Shown here: positions 51,615-63,859 of the stretch, one piece after another
Layout of the letters: each line of letters starts with the position of its first letter
How positions within the stretch are numbered: position 1 is the stretch's first letter
Assembly (NCBI GenBank): GCA_964016885.1
Contig: OZ024755.1
Coordinates: forward strand, 37,820,001-37,884,000
Source of the DNA: Eledone cirrhosa
Lineage: Eukaryota
Direction of reading: 5' to 3'
DNA: 64,000 bases
Notes under the pieces: model-generated
The model's input: only the letters and a program-made list of their open reading frames with translations
What the model was told of the DNA's origin: nothing
The model's database searches: none
Made by a program: the position numbers and the translations under genes

Positions 51615-53880
51615 TATATATATATAAAAGAGAAAGAAAGGAAAATGGGAAAAAGAAGGAAAGAGGGGAGGGAAACAAACCAAAAAAAACAGTCCACACT
51701 GTAATGTGGCCGTGTAGGTAACACGGTAAAAAGCTCCCAGTCCACACTGTAAATGTGGTTGGTGTTAGGAAGGGCATCCAGCCGTAGAAAACCTGCCAGA
51801 TAGTCCTATACTAGAGAGACTTGGTCACCCGACCAATCTTGCCTCAAGTGGGACAATTCCTGTCTAACTCATGCTAGAATGGAAGATAGATGTTAAATGA
51901 TGATGATGATGATGAACAGTAATAATAATGTTTCTACTTTTGGCACCAGGCCAGCAATTACCCCAGTGCATTACTGGTGCTAATAATAATAATATTAAAT
52001 GGAGTATGAAGACTGCTTTATTGGATGGTTAGAAGCTCAATGCAATGGGGTTCATACAGAGCTGTTATATACTAATTTTAAAAACACCAAAGAATCAATA
52101 CATTTTCAAACTGACATATGTTTCAGTCAACCTAAACTTCGTCCTGGGGTCATAGAACTGCAGTTCAAAAAACCTCAACATTTCAAAATTTAAATAAAAA
52201 AAAAAATTCTTAAATTTGTTAATAATTTTTTTTTTATTGGATCAATATCTTCAGAGTTTATTATTGCATATCAATATTTCACATAGCTTCTTAACTCATA
52301 TATCAATCACAACAATGCCAACAGACAGTCGTTATTGTTGTCATTTATTCACCATATTTCAAATGAAGGATACTGTCTATCATTTTTAAAATAATTGAGA
52401 ATTTGGAAGGATTCATTTATATAACTTTCTCATTATTAAGCTGGTATTTGAACATAACTGAAAGGTTTTTACGATGGAAGATTTTTTAAATTATATCATA
52501 ACTTTAACCCTTTAACATTTAAACCAGCTGTTTCCAACCAGAATTCTCTCACCTCTTTCTGTTCAAACTGGCTGTGTTTTGCCACTCATACTGATGTTAA
52601 GGTATTATTTTCAAAATAAATAATATCAAAATCTCATAGATTCGGTATTAGTATATATAGAGTAATGTAAATGTTAACTGGTTAAAACAAATTTTTATTT
52701 ACTGTAGAATCAAGGGTAGTTTGGTATCAAAGGGGTTAATGATATATGACATATAAACCTGTCCAACGAAACCACACTGCTCTACCTCAATGTCACAGCA
52801 AATATCTCATTGAAAGCACACCTCTGTCTGAATGTTATTGTGGTTTTTATTGTTGTGGGTAGTCTTATTTACTTCCTGATCACTCAGCCAGAAGTAGGTT
52901 AGCCAGTATTTAGCTGGTATTCATAGACTAACATATAGGTTCATATCTGAAGAGTAAGTAGCTATCCAACTTGTTTGTTTTTTGATGATCTGACAGAAAT
53001 TATGTTTACAGCATCAGTAGTCAGCTGCCAGTTACCACTCTCCCTCTCTCCCCAACACCCACTCTCCCTCTCTCCCCAACACCCACTCTTCACTCTTGTT
53101 ATTGTTAATTTCATATAGGTGTTACATAGAGATGTGTGTTGTAAGAGGTAACTAACAGATTTGGCGCCAGAAAGGGCATCCGGCCGTAAAACTTTTGAGA
53201 TTGATGGAACATATATGTGTCCCATGAGTCTAAGCTAAAATCCTAATGGGAAATAATTATTCACAAAATTTATTATCATCATCATCATCATCATCATCAA
53301 CGTTTAACGTCCGTGTTCCACGCTTGCATGGGTTTGGACGGGGGTAGTCCCACTTGAGGCAAGAGTGATTGTCTTGCTCGCATAGGACTGTCTGGCAGGT
53401 TTTCTACAGTTGGATGCCCTTCCTAACACCAACCACATTTACAGTGTGGGTCTGGGAGGTTTTTACCGTGTTGCCTACACGGCCACATTACAGCGTGGAC
53501 TGTGTGTTTTTTTGTCGTGACACCTACACGATCTCATTTGTTTCGGCCTGGATGGCGCGGCACCAACATAACTTTACATAGAACGCAAATTTAACTTTGT
53601 ACAGCTATGGCATCATTTTTACTGTAGCAACCATGAAAGCAGCCGGTGGTCATTGTCTCATACTTATGTACAAGGAGGATTAAGTTATTAGAAATTACTT
53701 GATTTTATTACATTGTCATTACCCCCTACACACACAAACACATACCCACACACGCACACACCCACACATGCACACACATGCACACATGCACACACACACA
53801 CACACACACATCATCATCATCATCATTGTTTAAGGTCTGCTTTCCTTGTTATCAAGGGTTCGACGGGTTTTCATAGTCCA

Positions 53881-54500
53881 AATCAGTACTGAAGCAGGGC
53901 TACTGACCTCCCAGTCAGGCCAGGAATCAGTACTGAAGCAGGGCTACAGACCTCCCAGTCAGGCCAGGAATCAGTACTGAAGCAGGGCTACTGACCTCCC
54001 AGTCAGGCCAGGAATCAGTACTGAAGCAGGGCTACTGACCTCCCAGTCAGGCCAGGAATCAGTACTGAAGCAGGGCTACTGACCTCCCAGTCAGGCCAGG
54101 AATCAGTACTGAAGCAGGGCTACTGACCTCCCAGTCAGGCCAGGAATCAGTACTGAAACAGGGCTACAGACCTCCAAGTCAGGCCAGGAATCAGTACTGA
54201 AGCAGGGCTACTGACCTCCCAGTCAGGCCAGGAATCAGTACTGAAACAGGGCTACTGACCTCCCAGTGAGGCCAGGAATCAGTACTGAAACAGGGCTACT
54301 GACCTCCCAGTGAGGCCAGGAATCAGTACTGAAGCAGGGCTACTGACCTCCCAGTCAGGCCAGGAATCAGTACTGAAGCAGGGCTACTGACCTCCCAGTC
54401 AGGCCAGGAATCAGTACTGAAGCAGGGCTACTGACCTCCCAGTCAGGCCAGGAATCAGTACTGAAGCAGGGCTACTCACCTCCCAGCCAGGCCAGGAATC
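53881..54500. repeat. 44-bp minisatellite, ~14 copies, inside a SINE 3' region
   Basis: Unit aatcagtactgaagcagggctactgacctcccagtcaggccagg; SINE tail at 53810-53870 and SINE body at 54600-54720. Confidence 0.95.
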
Positions 54501-54822
54501 TGTGCCTCTTTTATGTACACTCTCATGTTCTACTGAGTGCATCAGCACAAGAGAGGTTGGCATGCATTTGACACTTCTGACAACCCTGTGTTTGACAAAC
54601 ATTTTACGGCTGGATGCCCTTCATATTGCCAACCACTTTACAGAGTGTACTGGGTGTATTTATCGTATAAATCACCAACACTAGGACGGTTGTCATGTCA
54701 TGACACAACTGAAGGCTTCTCTCAATCCTTTTTAGGCATGGTTTCTGCATGGGTATGGCTGGTTGTTCTTCAATTTGATGATGATGCTGCTCCTCTCCAT
54801 TGTCCCCCCCCACATACACACG

Positions 54823-54858
<36 letters not shown>

Positions 54859-55091
54859 GTATCATATCAAAGCCGAAGTTGCAATAGGACCACACATTTA
54901 AATTATTTGAGGTAGTTCCTAAGCACTTAATGGTGCGAGAAATGAATTAATTTCTCCATCAGAGTAAACACATTGTTATATGAGGGAAACACAATGAATA
55001 ATATATAAACTGGGTGTATACAGCTATAGTATATAGTGATGACGACAATACAACTATAGTATATAACAGCGATGACTACCAAAAGAGAAAA

Positions 55092-55129
<38 letters not shown>

Positions 55130-55337
55130 GTTTAACAAGGTTCAATGAATTCATCAATGAATAAAGTTTCACAATAGATTAGAAGCACTCTACCGAAAGG
55201 TTTTCGCACCCTCTGTATTATATGTAACTTTTCATATTTCAACTTAAGGTATATAAATATCGAGTTTTGTCATAACTAATCACTGCCATGACTAAATTAT
55301 AACCATTAACATAGTCAAGGTATGTCAGGCATCAACT

Positions 55338-55403
55338 TATTTTATCTGATGAGGACGTACTGTTGAAATAGCTCAGTACCTCTGAAATATGTATAATAAA
55401 ATA
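55338..55403 (+). ncRNA. Minimal type I hammerhead ribozyme
   Basis: Perfect stem I tattttat/ataaaata; CTGATGA at 55346-55352; stem II ggacgtactg/cagtacctct; GAAA at 55384-55387; t-atgt-ATA; predicted cleavage after 55395. Confidence 0.82.
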
Positions 55404-56816
55404 TATTTGATGACATGAATGTCTATATTTATTAATATTTTGAAGTAATGTTATATATATATCAACCACACCTCTGATAAGCACACAGATCCAATACAGG
55501 CCCACTGGGTATAAGCCAGATATTGATGGACAAAAGCCACATAGTTAATGTTGATTGACCAATTATGACAATGGTAATATATTGACCATTGACTCTGTCA
55601 TTTACTTGGTGTGTTCACACCTTTGATATGTTGCGGAGTATTGGAGACAACTTACCTCCACATTTTCTGCTCTACAATGAGCCCTTTGGCAGAAGTTACA
55701 CAGGAGCTGTTTATTTGTAATGTATTATTTTGAGAATGTTTTAATATCCTTTTATTTTTATTTTACTAGTTTCAGTCATTAGACAGCGGCCATGCTGGGG
55801 CAACACCTTGAAGAGATTAGGTTGATCATATTGATCCCAGTATTTATTTAGTCTGTTACTAAGTTACAGAGTGTAAATATGTATTATATAATATGGGGTT
55901 CTGCAGTATCTTATCTACCAAATTTTATTTATAACAAGCACCCAGTCCACACTGTAAGGTGGCAGTGTAACAGACACAGTAAAAAGGCTCCCAGTCCACA
56001 CTGTAAAGGTGGTTGGTGTTAGAAAGGGCATCCAGTTGTAGAAAACCTGCCAGAGACACTTCTGTATGAGCGAGACACGGTCTTCCGACCAATCCGGCAT
56101 CAAATGGAACAAAACTGTCTAACCCATGCTAACGTGGAAGATGGACATTAAACAATGACGATGATGATGAAAGCATTGGTCAAGTGTCAACTCTAGGCTA
56201 TAGTAGAAGATACTTGCCCAGTATACCACAAAGTGGGATTGAACCCCAAACTATGTGGTTATGAAACAAATTTCTTCACTACACAACCATCTCTGTACCT
56301 ATATTAATTTGCTTTAAATGGTTATGTGTTTCTGCCTCAACAGTGCCACCTTGTTCCAATCTTACCTCATAGCATCTGTTGGTTCTATGCTCTCTAACTT
56401 TATCTTAGTAGTTTTATTATTATTATTTTCCTGTTAGTGTTCCTTGTTTAAAAATGTTTAGCATTTTGCCATTAGTTTCCTCGTCTCAGATTAGTTCTAA
56501 ATAAATAAATGAGTCACTCACTAGTTTTTATTTAACACCTGTTTAACATCGTAATACTTAGAAATATTTCTAAATTACAGGATGGTCTTTGTATATCTCT
56601 GAAATTGTAACAACAATTCTCACCATGGGAATTATAATATTTCTTACCATTGGGGAATTTATTTTGTTATATTTTTTTATATTTTCATTGTTAATTGTTT
56701 TTGTTATTGTGTATTTTTACTTGATTTTATTGTAACACCTCCACAGTCCCTGTCTTTGTATTGTCCCCTATATGGCTGCCCTTGTGGCCAATAAATGTAA
56801 CCATTATTATTATTAT

Positions 56817-57040
56817 CAGTATCGGTAGAGGGTCGGACGCCATGCTTTGCAGCATAGAGTCACGTCCCTTTATGGTCTGAGTTAAAATCCTACCGAGGTT
56901 AGTTTTACCTTTCATCCTTACGGAATCGATAAAATAAAGCACCAGTAACGTACTGGGGTCGATTTAATCGACTTTCCTCTCCCCCGAAATTACTGGCCTT
57001 GTGCCTATTGTAGAAATCATTATTATTATTATTATTATTA
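56817..57040 (+). mobile_element. SINE family A
   Basis: Core plus (att)n tail. Confidence 0.88.
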
Positions 57041-57042
57041 TT

Positions 57043-57298
57043 CTTTGAGTCTCAGTCGATGTTATTTAACTGGAAAGTTTGTTGAAATGAACATCAAGTC
57101 GCTACCTGCAGCCTCAGATATTCAGGATGTATCGGAGAGTTCTTGCTGTTCCCAGCAAGCCTGTCTTTTGAAGTGTTCCAAAAAACGGGGCTGGACTAAT
57201 ATTCTTTAACCATCCTTGAAAACTCTATGAGATAGTACCTAGTGCTACTGTGACAATCAATCGGAATGACCTTGATCTCATGAAGGTCACCAAATCCT
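57043..57298 (-). mobile_element. R4/Dong-clade non-LTR retrotransposon 3' fragment in a (TAA)n run
   Basis: Manual translation with one frameshift: KVIPI/IVTVALGTIS*SFQGWLKNI...TLQKTGLLGTARTLRYILNI* (restriction-like endonuclease C-terminus); (tta)n on both sides. Confidence 0.8.
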
Positions 57299-57621
57299 TA
57301 TTATTATTATGTTTCTCATTTTCGACCGTGTTGATATCGACTCTAGAAGGTTTGTTGTTTTTAAGTTGTTTTGAATTGCTATTTGTGGAAAATTTTTGTT
57401 GTTAACTATTTATAAGTTCATGTATATTGTTCTCTAAAAAGGACATCCCATAATATTTGGGCCTTCAACTGAAATATTTCAACTAGATTATAGTAGAAGA
57501 CTATAGGTGCCACACAGTGGAATAGAAGTTGAAACCATCTGATTGTGAACTCCTTAACTACTCAACAATGCCTGTGTCTCGTGTTATTTTACTAAATCCT
57601 TCCAAATTCTCAATTACTCTA

Positions 57622-57787
57622 AATAATTGTTTCTACCTTTAGCACAAGGCCAGTAATTATTCCAGTGCATTACTGGTACTTTATTTTATTGACCCCGTAA
57701 GGATGAAAGGCAAAGTTAACCTTGGCGTAATTTGAACTCAAACCGTAAAGGGTCGTAACTCTATGCTGTAAAGCATGGCGTCCGACT
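57622..57787 (-). mobile_element. SINE family A
   Basis: Reverse-complement core. Confidence 0.88.
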
Positions 57788-58197
57788 ACAGTAGAGTATT
57801 TCACTAGAAATGTAGGCATGAAAAGGGTTAACTGGGTTCTACCTATGTAGATCATTACTATTTTGCTGGGACACTTTTGTTTGTTTTATTTCTTTATTTT
57901 GTTTATCTAAGTAATCTCCAGTTTCTGCCAGCCTGCCACCCTACAAATTCTATACTCTACCATCATCACCCATTAAACTTTTACTTACTTCTTGTTAGAA
58001 ACATTAGATTGGTTGGTTGTCACACAACACTTTTTCATTCATAAGTTTCTTCATTTTCTGATTAGGTGAAAAGCAGGTGAGAAGGGAGAGAGAAGCTCTA
58101 TTTTTTTTTTTCACACTACCCTACACCTTCTTATTGCATATTCACTGTTGCTCTCATAATCTACTAATTCATATATTATTCCCCCTACACCACCGAT

Positions 58198-58628
58198 TAG
58201 CACCAACACCAAGCTCCGCCTGTACAAGAGCATCGTGCTGCTGACAGTGCTTTATGCGAGCGAGACCTGGAAGAGTATGGCAAAAATAGAGAGACGGCTG
58301 AACGCTTTCCACCAGTGGTGCATGCGAAAGATCCTTATGTCCTAGCGTGACCGAGTGCGAAACGAGGAGACCCTGCGGAGAGCCGAGTCGTGGACACTAC
58401 AGAGAGTGGCCTTGGAGCATCGGTGCCGGCTGGCTGGCCATATTCTGCGTCTGCCAAATGAACGGCATTCGAAAACAGCGATGAACTGGACTCCGCCTGG
58501 CGGTAAATGGAGGCAGGGTTGCCCAAGGATCACCTGGCACAGTCTCAAAAAAGTTGCCACTGATCGTGACCGCTGGCGAGTACCTACTGCTCGATGCGTC
58601 GAACGGTGCGGAAGAATCTAAGACTAAG
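58198..58628 (+). mobile_element. CpG-rich, 5'-truncated RTE (BovB-like) LINE with target-site duplication
   Basis: TNTKLRLYKSIVLLTVLYASETW...RLNAFHQWCMRKIL..RDRVRNEETLRR...RLAGHILRLP...DRDRWR; tail ctaagactaag; duplication acaccaccgat at 58187-58197 and 58629-58639. Confidence 0.92.
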
Positions 58629-58881
58629 ACACCACCGATATCTTATCAATAAACAGCAGAGTAGAATTGGTGTTCAGTACTACTGCTAAATATAGAACAA
58701 GAGATTGAAATAACTCTTCAGTTGTGTCAAGGGCATGGCTCCTTTGTGTCAATGCCATAATAAAATGCACCAAGTGCACTCTGTAAAGGGGTTGGTGATA
58801 GGAAGTGCATCCAGCTGTAGAAACCATTCCAAACAACAGCTTAGAGGAGTATTCAGTTGTGTTAAGGACACAACAATCTCT

Positions 58882-59116
58882 TTAACCCTTTAGCATTTAA
58901 ACTGGCTGTAACTAGCCAGTACTCACCTCTTTCTGTTCAAACCAGCTGTACCTGGCCAGTACTCAACTCTTTCTGTTCAAACCAGCTGTACCTGGCTGCT
59001 CATACTTATATTAAGGTATTGTTCTCAAAATAACTAACAGCAACATTTCACAGATAAATCCTTTACTGTGAAAATACAATAGTACACATAGAGCAATATA
59101 AAAGCTAAAGGGTTAA
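58882..59116. mobile_element. piggyBac-type MITE family 1
   Basis: TTAA|ccctttagcattta ... aaaagctaaaggg|TTAA. Confidence 0.85.
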
Positions 59117-59850
59117 TGCTGGTACCATGATAAAATGCATCTGGTATACTCTGTAGTGAGGTTGAGGTTAGGAAGGGTAACCAGTCGTAGAAATTATGTG
59201 AAAACCTGAACCCTACTTATACATCACCTGATTCCATTATTACTTACCTGTTCTAAAGATTAATTGCTTGTGACACAACACTTCTTCATTCATAAATATA
59301 TATATTTTTCATATTCTAGTCAGGTGAGAAGAAAAGTGGGGAGGTGGAGAGAGAAAAGTTCTCTTTTTTTACCCAACACCTTCCTCTTATTACGTATTCA
59401 CTGCTGCTTCTTATAATTCATATGTTATTCACCACCACCACCACCACCAGCACTGATATTTTATCAATAACCTACTGGGTGGGACTGGTGCTCTGCAAGC
59501 CTGCTAAATATAGAGTTAGCTATGTCTAAGAATTCACTAGAATCTTGTTACACCTTTGTGTTCAGCAGACAACAAAGATTGGTTGTTGTTCTTGATTTTT
59601 GGTTTTGTTTTAAAGGCATAAAACCCTCTTTTTGTTTTTTTATGAGCAGGAATATAATTGGTAGATCTTACAGATATTCTAGATGGGATGGGATGGGGTG
59701 AGGGTACTATTGACTATGGGAGATATTTAAAACTCAGAGCAGTTTATTTTAGTACTGATTTAGAAGCTGTAAGTTATTCAGTCTGGTGATCATACTAATT
59801 TGGTAATATCCACAAAGCCCCAGAGAGGCAATTAATGAAAACAATAAATA

Positions 59851-60037
59851 CAGGTAAAATTCTGTTATAATAAATACCATTATAACAAATTTTCCAGTAT
59901 AACAAAATTTTTTCAATCCCGGAGGTAATAACAAACAAGCCCTTAATTAGTTTCGGTCGATCTCGTTATAAAGAATTTTTCGTTACAACAAATTTTTTTT
60001 TATACCCTGTGAATTACATTATAATGGAATTTCACTG
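59851..60037. mobile_element. Tigger/pogo-type MITE
   Basis: TA|caggtaaaattctgttataat ... attataatggaatttcactg|TA. Confidence 0.82.
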
Positions 60038-60083
60038 TATACACACACACACAAATATATATATATATATATACATACACACA

Positions 60084-60426
60084 TGATGGCTGCCCCCTTG
60101 TTATTGAGTATGGCCATTACATGATATACCATTATTAATTAATTCTATCGTGCAATGCCTCTGCGTGAAGATATTTTTTAAAGTGAGGAAAGACTGTGCA
60201 CTGAGCCAATCCTACTCTCTGAGCGACAGTCGCTATAACCCGAAAAGAATAAAAGATCAACATCATCGGTAACTACCGAGCCGCAGGTTTTATATCGGAG
60301 TTATCCCAGTTTCCTGAGTTGCCTTCTCCTAGAAGAATGCCCTGACAAAGGCTAGGGGTCCTTCACTCCCAGTGGTTTAACCGCGCAATCGGGTGTCCAG
60401 CCCAACTATTTCTATGTCCCCACGCA
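60084..60426 (-). mobile_element. Short RTE-5'UTR-derived element
   Basis: Reverse complement of 18785-19122, set in (TA/CA)n. Confidence 0.7.
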
Positions 60427-60657
60427 TATACATACACACACACATACATACATATGTACATGTGTATATACATATTTACACACTTTTGGATGGCCGTTGA
60501 CTCTTATGAGTTCTTCCGCCCTTTGTCAGATTTTGTTTTTTGTCCTGCAGGGTGTCCAAAATCACCCTCCTCACCAAGTAAACTTGGTGGGGTTGCCGGT
60601 TTAGTTGCCGACGACCCGACCATGCGAAAGGTTGTACTCGGTTACATGTTACCAGTA

Positions 60658-60746
<89 letters not shown>

Positions 60747-60786
60747 TATATACATATATATATATATATTCATATATATATATATA

Positions 60787-61412
60787 TGGTGGCTGCCAAC
60801 TCGTTTTCGAGTACGGCCACTACTTTATATCCATGTAGGAGAACCCCCACCGAAGCGCTGAACGAGTGTGACTTTTTAGTCCAGCCAGCGACTTGAAAAC
60901 TCTGGTACAAACACTACACTTGTGACAATTATTGACACATAGTGCTGGGCCCATGGTACCATGTGAGGACAAGTGCAGAGAGATCTCCAGATATAAAGCA
61001 ATGCCTGTGCCGTGAAGCTTTTATAGTGAGCAAAGGCACTGCACAAAGCCAGTCCCACTCTCTTAACCAAGATGATATTTACCAAAAAGAAGAACAAGTC
61101 AACATCATTGGATACCATCAGGGTTGCAGGTGTTATATCAGAGTTTTCCTTCTCCTAGAATTCTGCCTTGACAAAGGCTAAGGGGTCATCTCTCCCGGTG
61201 ATTTTGGATGGCCATTGACTCTTAAGAGCTCCTTTGCCCTTTGACAGGTTTTGTTTTTAGTCCTGCAGGATGTCCAAAGTCACCCTCCTCACCAAGAAAC
61301 CTTGGTGGGGTTGCCAGTTTAGTCGCCAACAACCCGACCATGAGACAGGTTGTACTGGGATACATGTTACCAGTAGCACCAACTGATGACCTGACATCAG
61401 TTGGTGCTACTG
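60787..61412 (-). mobile_element. ~600-bp RTE-5'UTR-derived element with a 5' fold-back
   Basis: Near-identical to 47219-47819; a diverged partial copy lies at 60485-60658. Confidence 0.75.
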
Positions 61413-61464
61413 ATATATAGATTTATATATATACGCACACACACACATATATATATATATACAT

Positions 61465-61796
61465 GGAGGCACATGGCTAAGTGATTAGAGCATTGGCCTT
61501 GCAATCGAAAGGTTGTGAGTTCAATTCTCAGACCAGGTGATGTGTTGTTTCCTTGAGCAAGACACTTTATTTCACATTGCTCCAGTTTACTCAGCTGTAG
61601 AAATGAGATGATAGGGATTGGGGTCCTTATCCTTCCACTGTAAAGTGGTCGTGGAGGTGCCATGGCAAAAAAGCACCCAGCACTCACTGTAAATGAGGTT
61701 GGTGTTAGGAAGGGCATCCAACTGTAGAAATCAAGCCAGAATCAGTTCCCGTCCCACCCTTGCAAGCAGGGAAAAGTGGACGTAAAATGATGATGA
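61465..61796 (+). mobile_element. SINE family B
   Basis: Full-length copy. Confidence 0.92.
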
Positions 61797-61840
61797 ATAT
61801 ATATATATGTATGTATATATATATATGTGTGTCTGTGTGA

Positions 61841-61982
61841 CACCATGAATATCTTGACTATATATAGCCATATTATATAACCACAACAATGACAAATATC
61901 AACAGTCTCTTACCCGTTGGTATTTGTCATTGCTGTAGTTATATAATATGGCTATATATACCCAGTCAATATATTTATTGTG
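61841..61982. repeat. Fold-back inverted repeat (~60-bp arms)
   Basis: tatatatagccatattatataaccacaacaatgacaaatatcaac / gttggtatttgtcattgctgtagttatataatatggctatatata; a single-arm relative lies at ~62889-62960. Confidence 0.8.
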
Positions 61983-61999
61983 GTACCCTTATGTATATA

Positions 62000-62314
62000 C
62001 AGTGCATCCCTGGCATTCGCAGTCCCGGTTAATTGCGTAATTTTCATAATTAATAATTATTCGGGAAAACTAACGCATATTTGTGAAATCATAAATGTCT
62101 TCAGCGGTTTTTTAATGGCTTTTTTCGTGGCAATTTATATTTTTTCACGCTTTTTAACGCTAAATTATTAATACCAACATACCGTATTTGGCGGTCTATA
62201 TTTTATCATTTGACATTTATAGGCATTTTTATGGACCACGTCCATAATTTGCTGTTACGTCCAATATCCGCACGTACTCTAGGAATGCAATCCCCGCGAA
62301 TCCTGGGGGACAAC

Positions 62315-62316
<2 letters not shown>
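62000..62316. mobile_element. Tigger-like MITE
   Basis: Imperfect termini cagtgcatccctggcattcgc / gcgaatcctgggggacaactg; CpG-rich interior; TA on the left flank. Confidence 0.65.
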
Positions 62317-62385
<69 letters not shown>

Positions 62386-62857
62386 GGAGGCACACGGCTT
62401 AGTGATTAGAGCATTGGCCTTGCAATCGAAAGGTTGTGAGTTCAATTCTCAGACCGGGTGATGTGTTGTTTCCTTGAGCAAGACACTTTATTTCACATTG
62501 CTCCAGTTTACTCAGCTGTAGAAATGAGATGATAAGGACCCCAGTCCATATCATTCCACTGCAAAGTGGTCGTGTAGGTGCCACGGCAAAAAAGCCTCCA
62601 GCACTCACTGTAAATGAGGTTGGTGTTAGGAAGGGCATCCAGCTGTAGAAATGAGATGATAGCGACTGGGGTCCCTATCATTCCACTGCAAAGTGGTCGT
62701 GGAGGTGCCACGGCAAAAAAGCCTCCAGCACTCACTGTAAATGAGGTTGGTGTTAGGAAGGGCATCCAGCTGTAGAAATCAAGCCAGAATCAGTTCCCGT
62801 CCCACCCTTGCAAGCAGGGAAAAAGCGGACGTAAAATGAAATGATGATGATGATGAT
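62386..62857 (+). mobile_element. SINE family B with an internal ~127-bp tandem duplication
   Basis: The segment cagctgtagaaatgagatgata...ggaagggcatc occurs twice. Confidence 0.92.
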
Positions 62858-63618
62858 ATGTATAAATATATATATATTTACCTGTTTCTATTTGTCATTG
62901 TTGTACTTATATATTATATGGCTACATACATCTAGTCAATATACATTCATTGTGTCACCCATTTTTGAATTAATGTCCGCTTTCCCTACTAGCAAAGGTT
63001 GACTAATAGTGTGTTTGTATTGTGTTTATCTGGTTTAAAATAAGTACACTACATCTGTGTGTGCTGTAAGGGGCTTCTGAAAAGTGAAGCACTAAGAGGG
63101 GCATCCGTCCATTCATAAATCATTGCTTCAAAAAGGACTCTATAATGAACATGAAGCTTTTGATGGGCCTGCAAAGAAAATCCCCTGCTTTGGAAGGGAA
63201 ACCAACTATGCTCATATAGTACAAATGAGCATCTCCTGCTGATGTTTTATTTTCACTATATGCAAATGAAAATGGTGTGTGTGTGTGTGTGTGTGTGTGT
63301 ACACAAGACAGCCACAGGTAAAATGTTTAATAAACATACAGGCATTCACAGAGAAAAGCAAAGAAAGAACTGAAACATGACTTGACAATTTTTGTCTGGA
63401 AATCCTTTCTAATTTACATCCATATCAACATGACAGAATAGTAAATTGTGATTTGCCTTATGAATGAAATATACCCTAAATTTAAGAATGAAAGATATGT
63501 GACCCCAGTATAGTTACTACACTGTACCATACTATTAATTTCATTGAGTACATAGGTACTGTGAACTGAAAGGAGATTAAATTAAGATACAATTTATTAA
63601 TGAAATATTAAATCTAGT

Positions 63619-63859
63619 TTAACCCTTTCATTATCATATTTCTGATGAAAGTACTGCTTATAATTTTCAAATAATTTTGAAAATTTGGAAGGATTTAGTA
63701 ATATCTAACTTCTTTGTTATTTACCTGGTGTTTGGAGCAAACAGGTTTTTACATAAATGATGGAAAGTTTTCAGATAAATATTAAACACTTTAAAACAAA
63801 CAGCTTTGTATCATAGAACCAAGGGTCGTTTCAGATGTTTTGGTATCAAAAGGATTGAA
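63619..63859. mobile_element. piggyBac-type MITE family 2 (older)
   Basis: ttaaccctttcattatcatatttct ... tttggtatcaaaaggattga; diverged relatives near 11875-12133, 22064-22352, 30210-30442, 35686-35916 and 52330-52739. Confidence 0.7.

Noticed and set aside
54925-54970. Additional hammerhead on the minus strand (ctgatg-gagaaat...atttctc-gcac)
   Set aside because: A hairpin is present but both CUGANGA and GAAA are broken; similar partial hits at 4808, 15457, 49848 and 52239 also lack GAAA or stem I
61300-61396. HDV-like ribozyme at the 5' end of the RTE-derived element
   Set aside because: A P3-like acc/ggt pair and a ctaa segment are present, but I could not build consistent P1/P2 pairings across the three copies; a covariance search is needed
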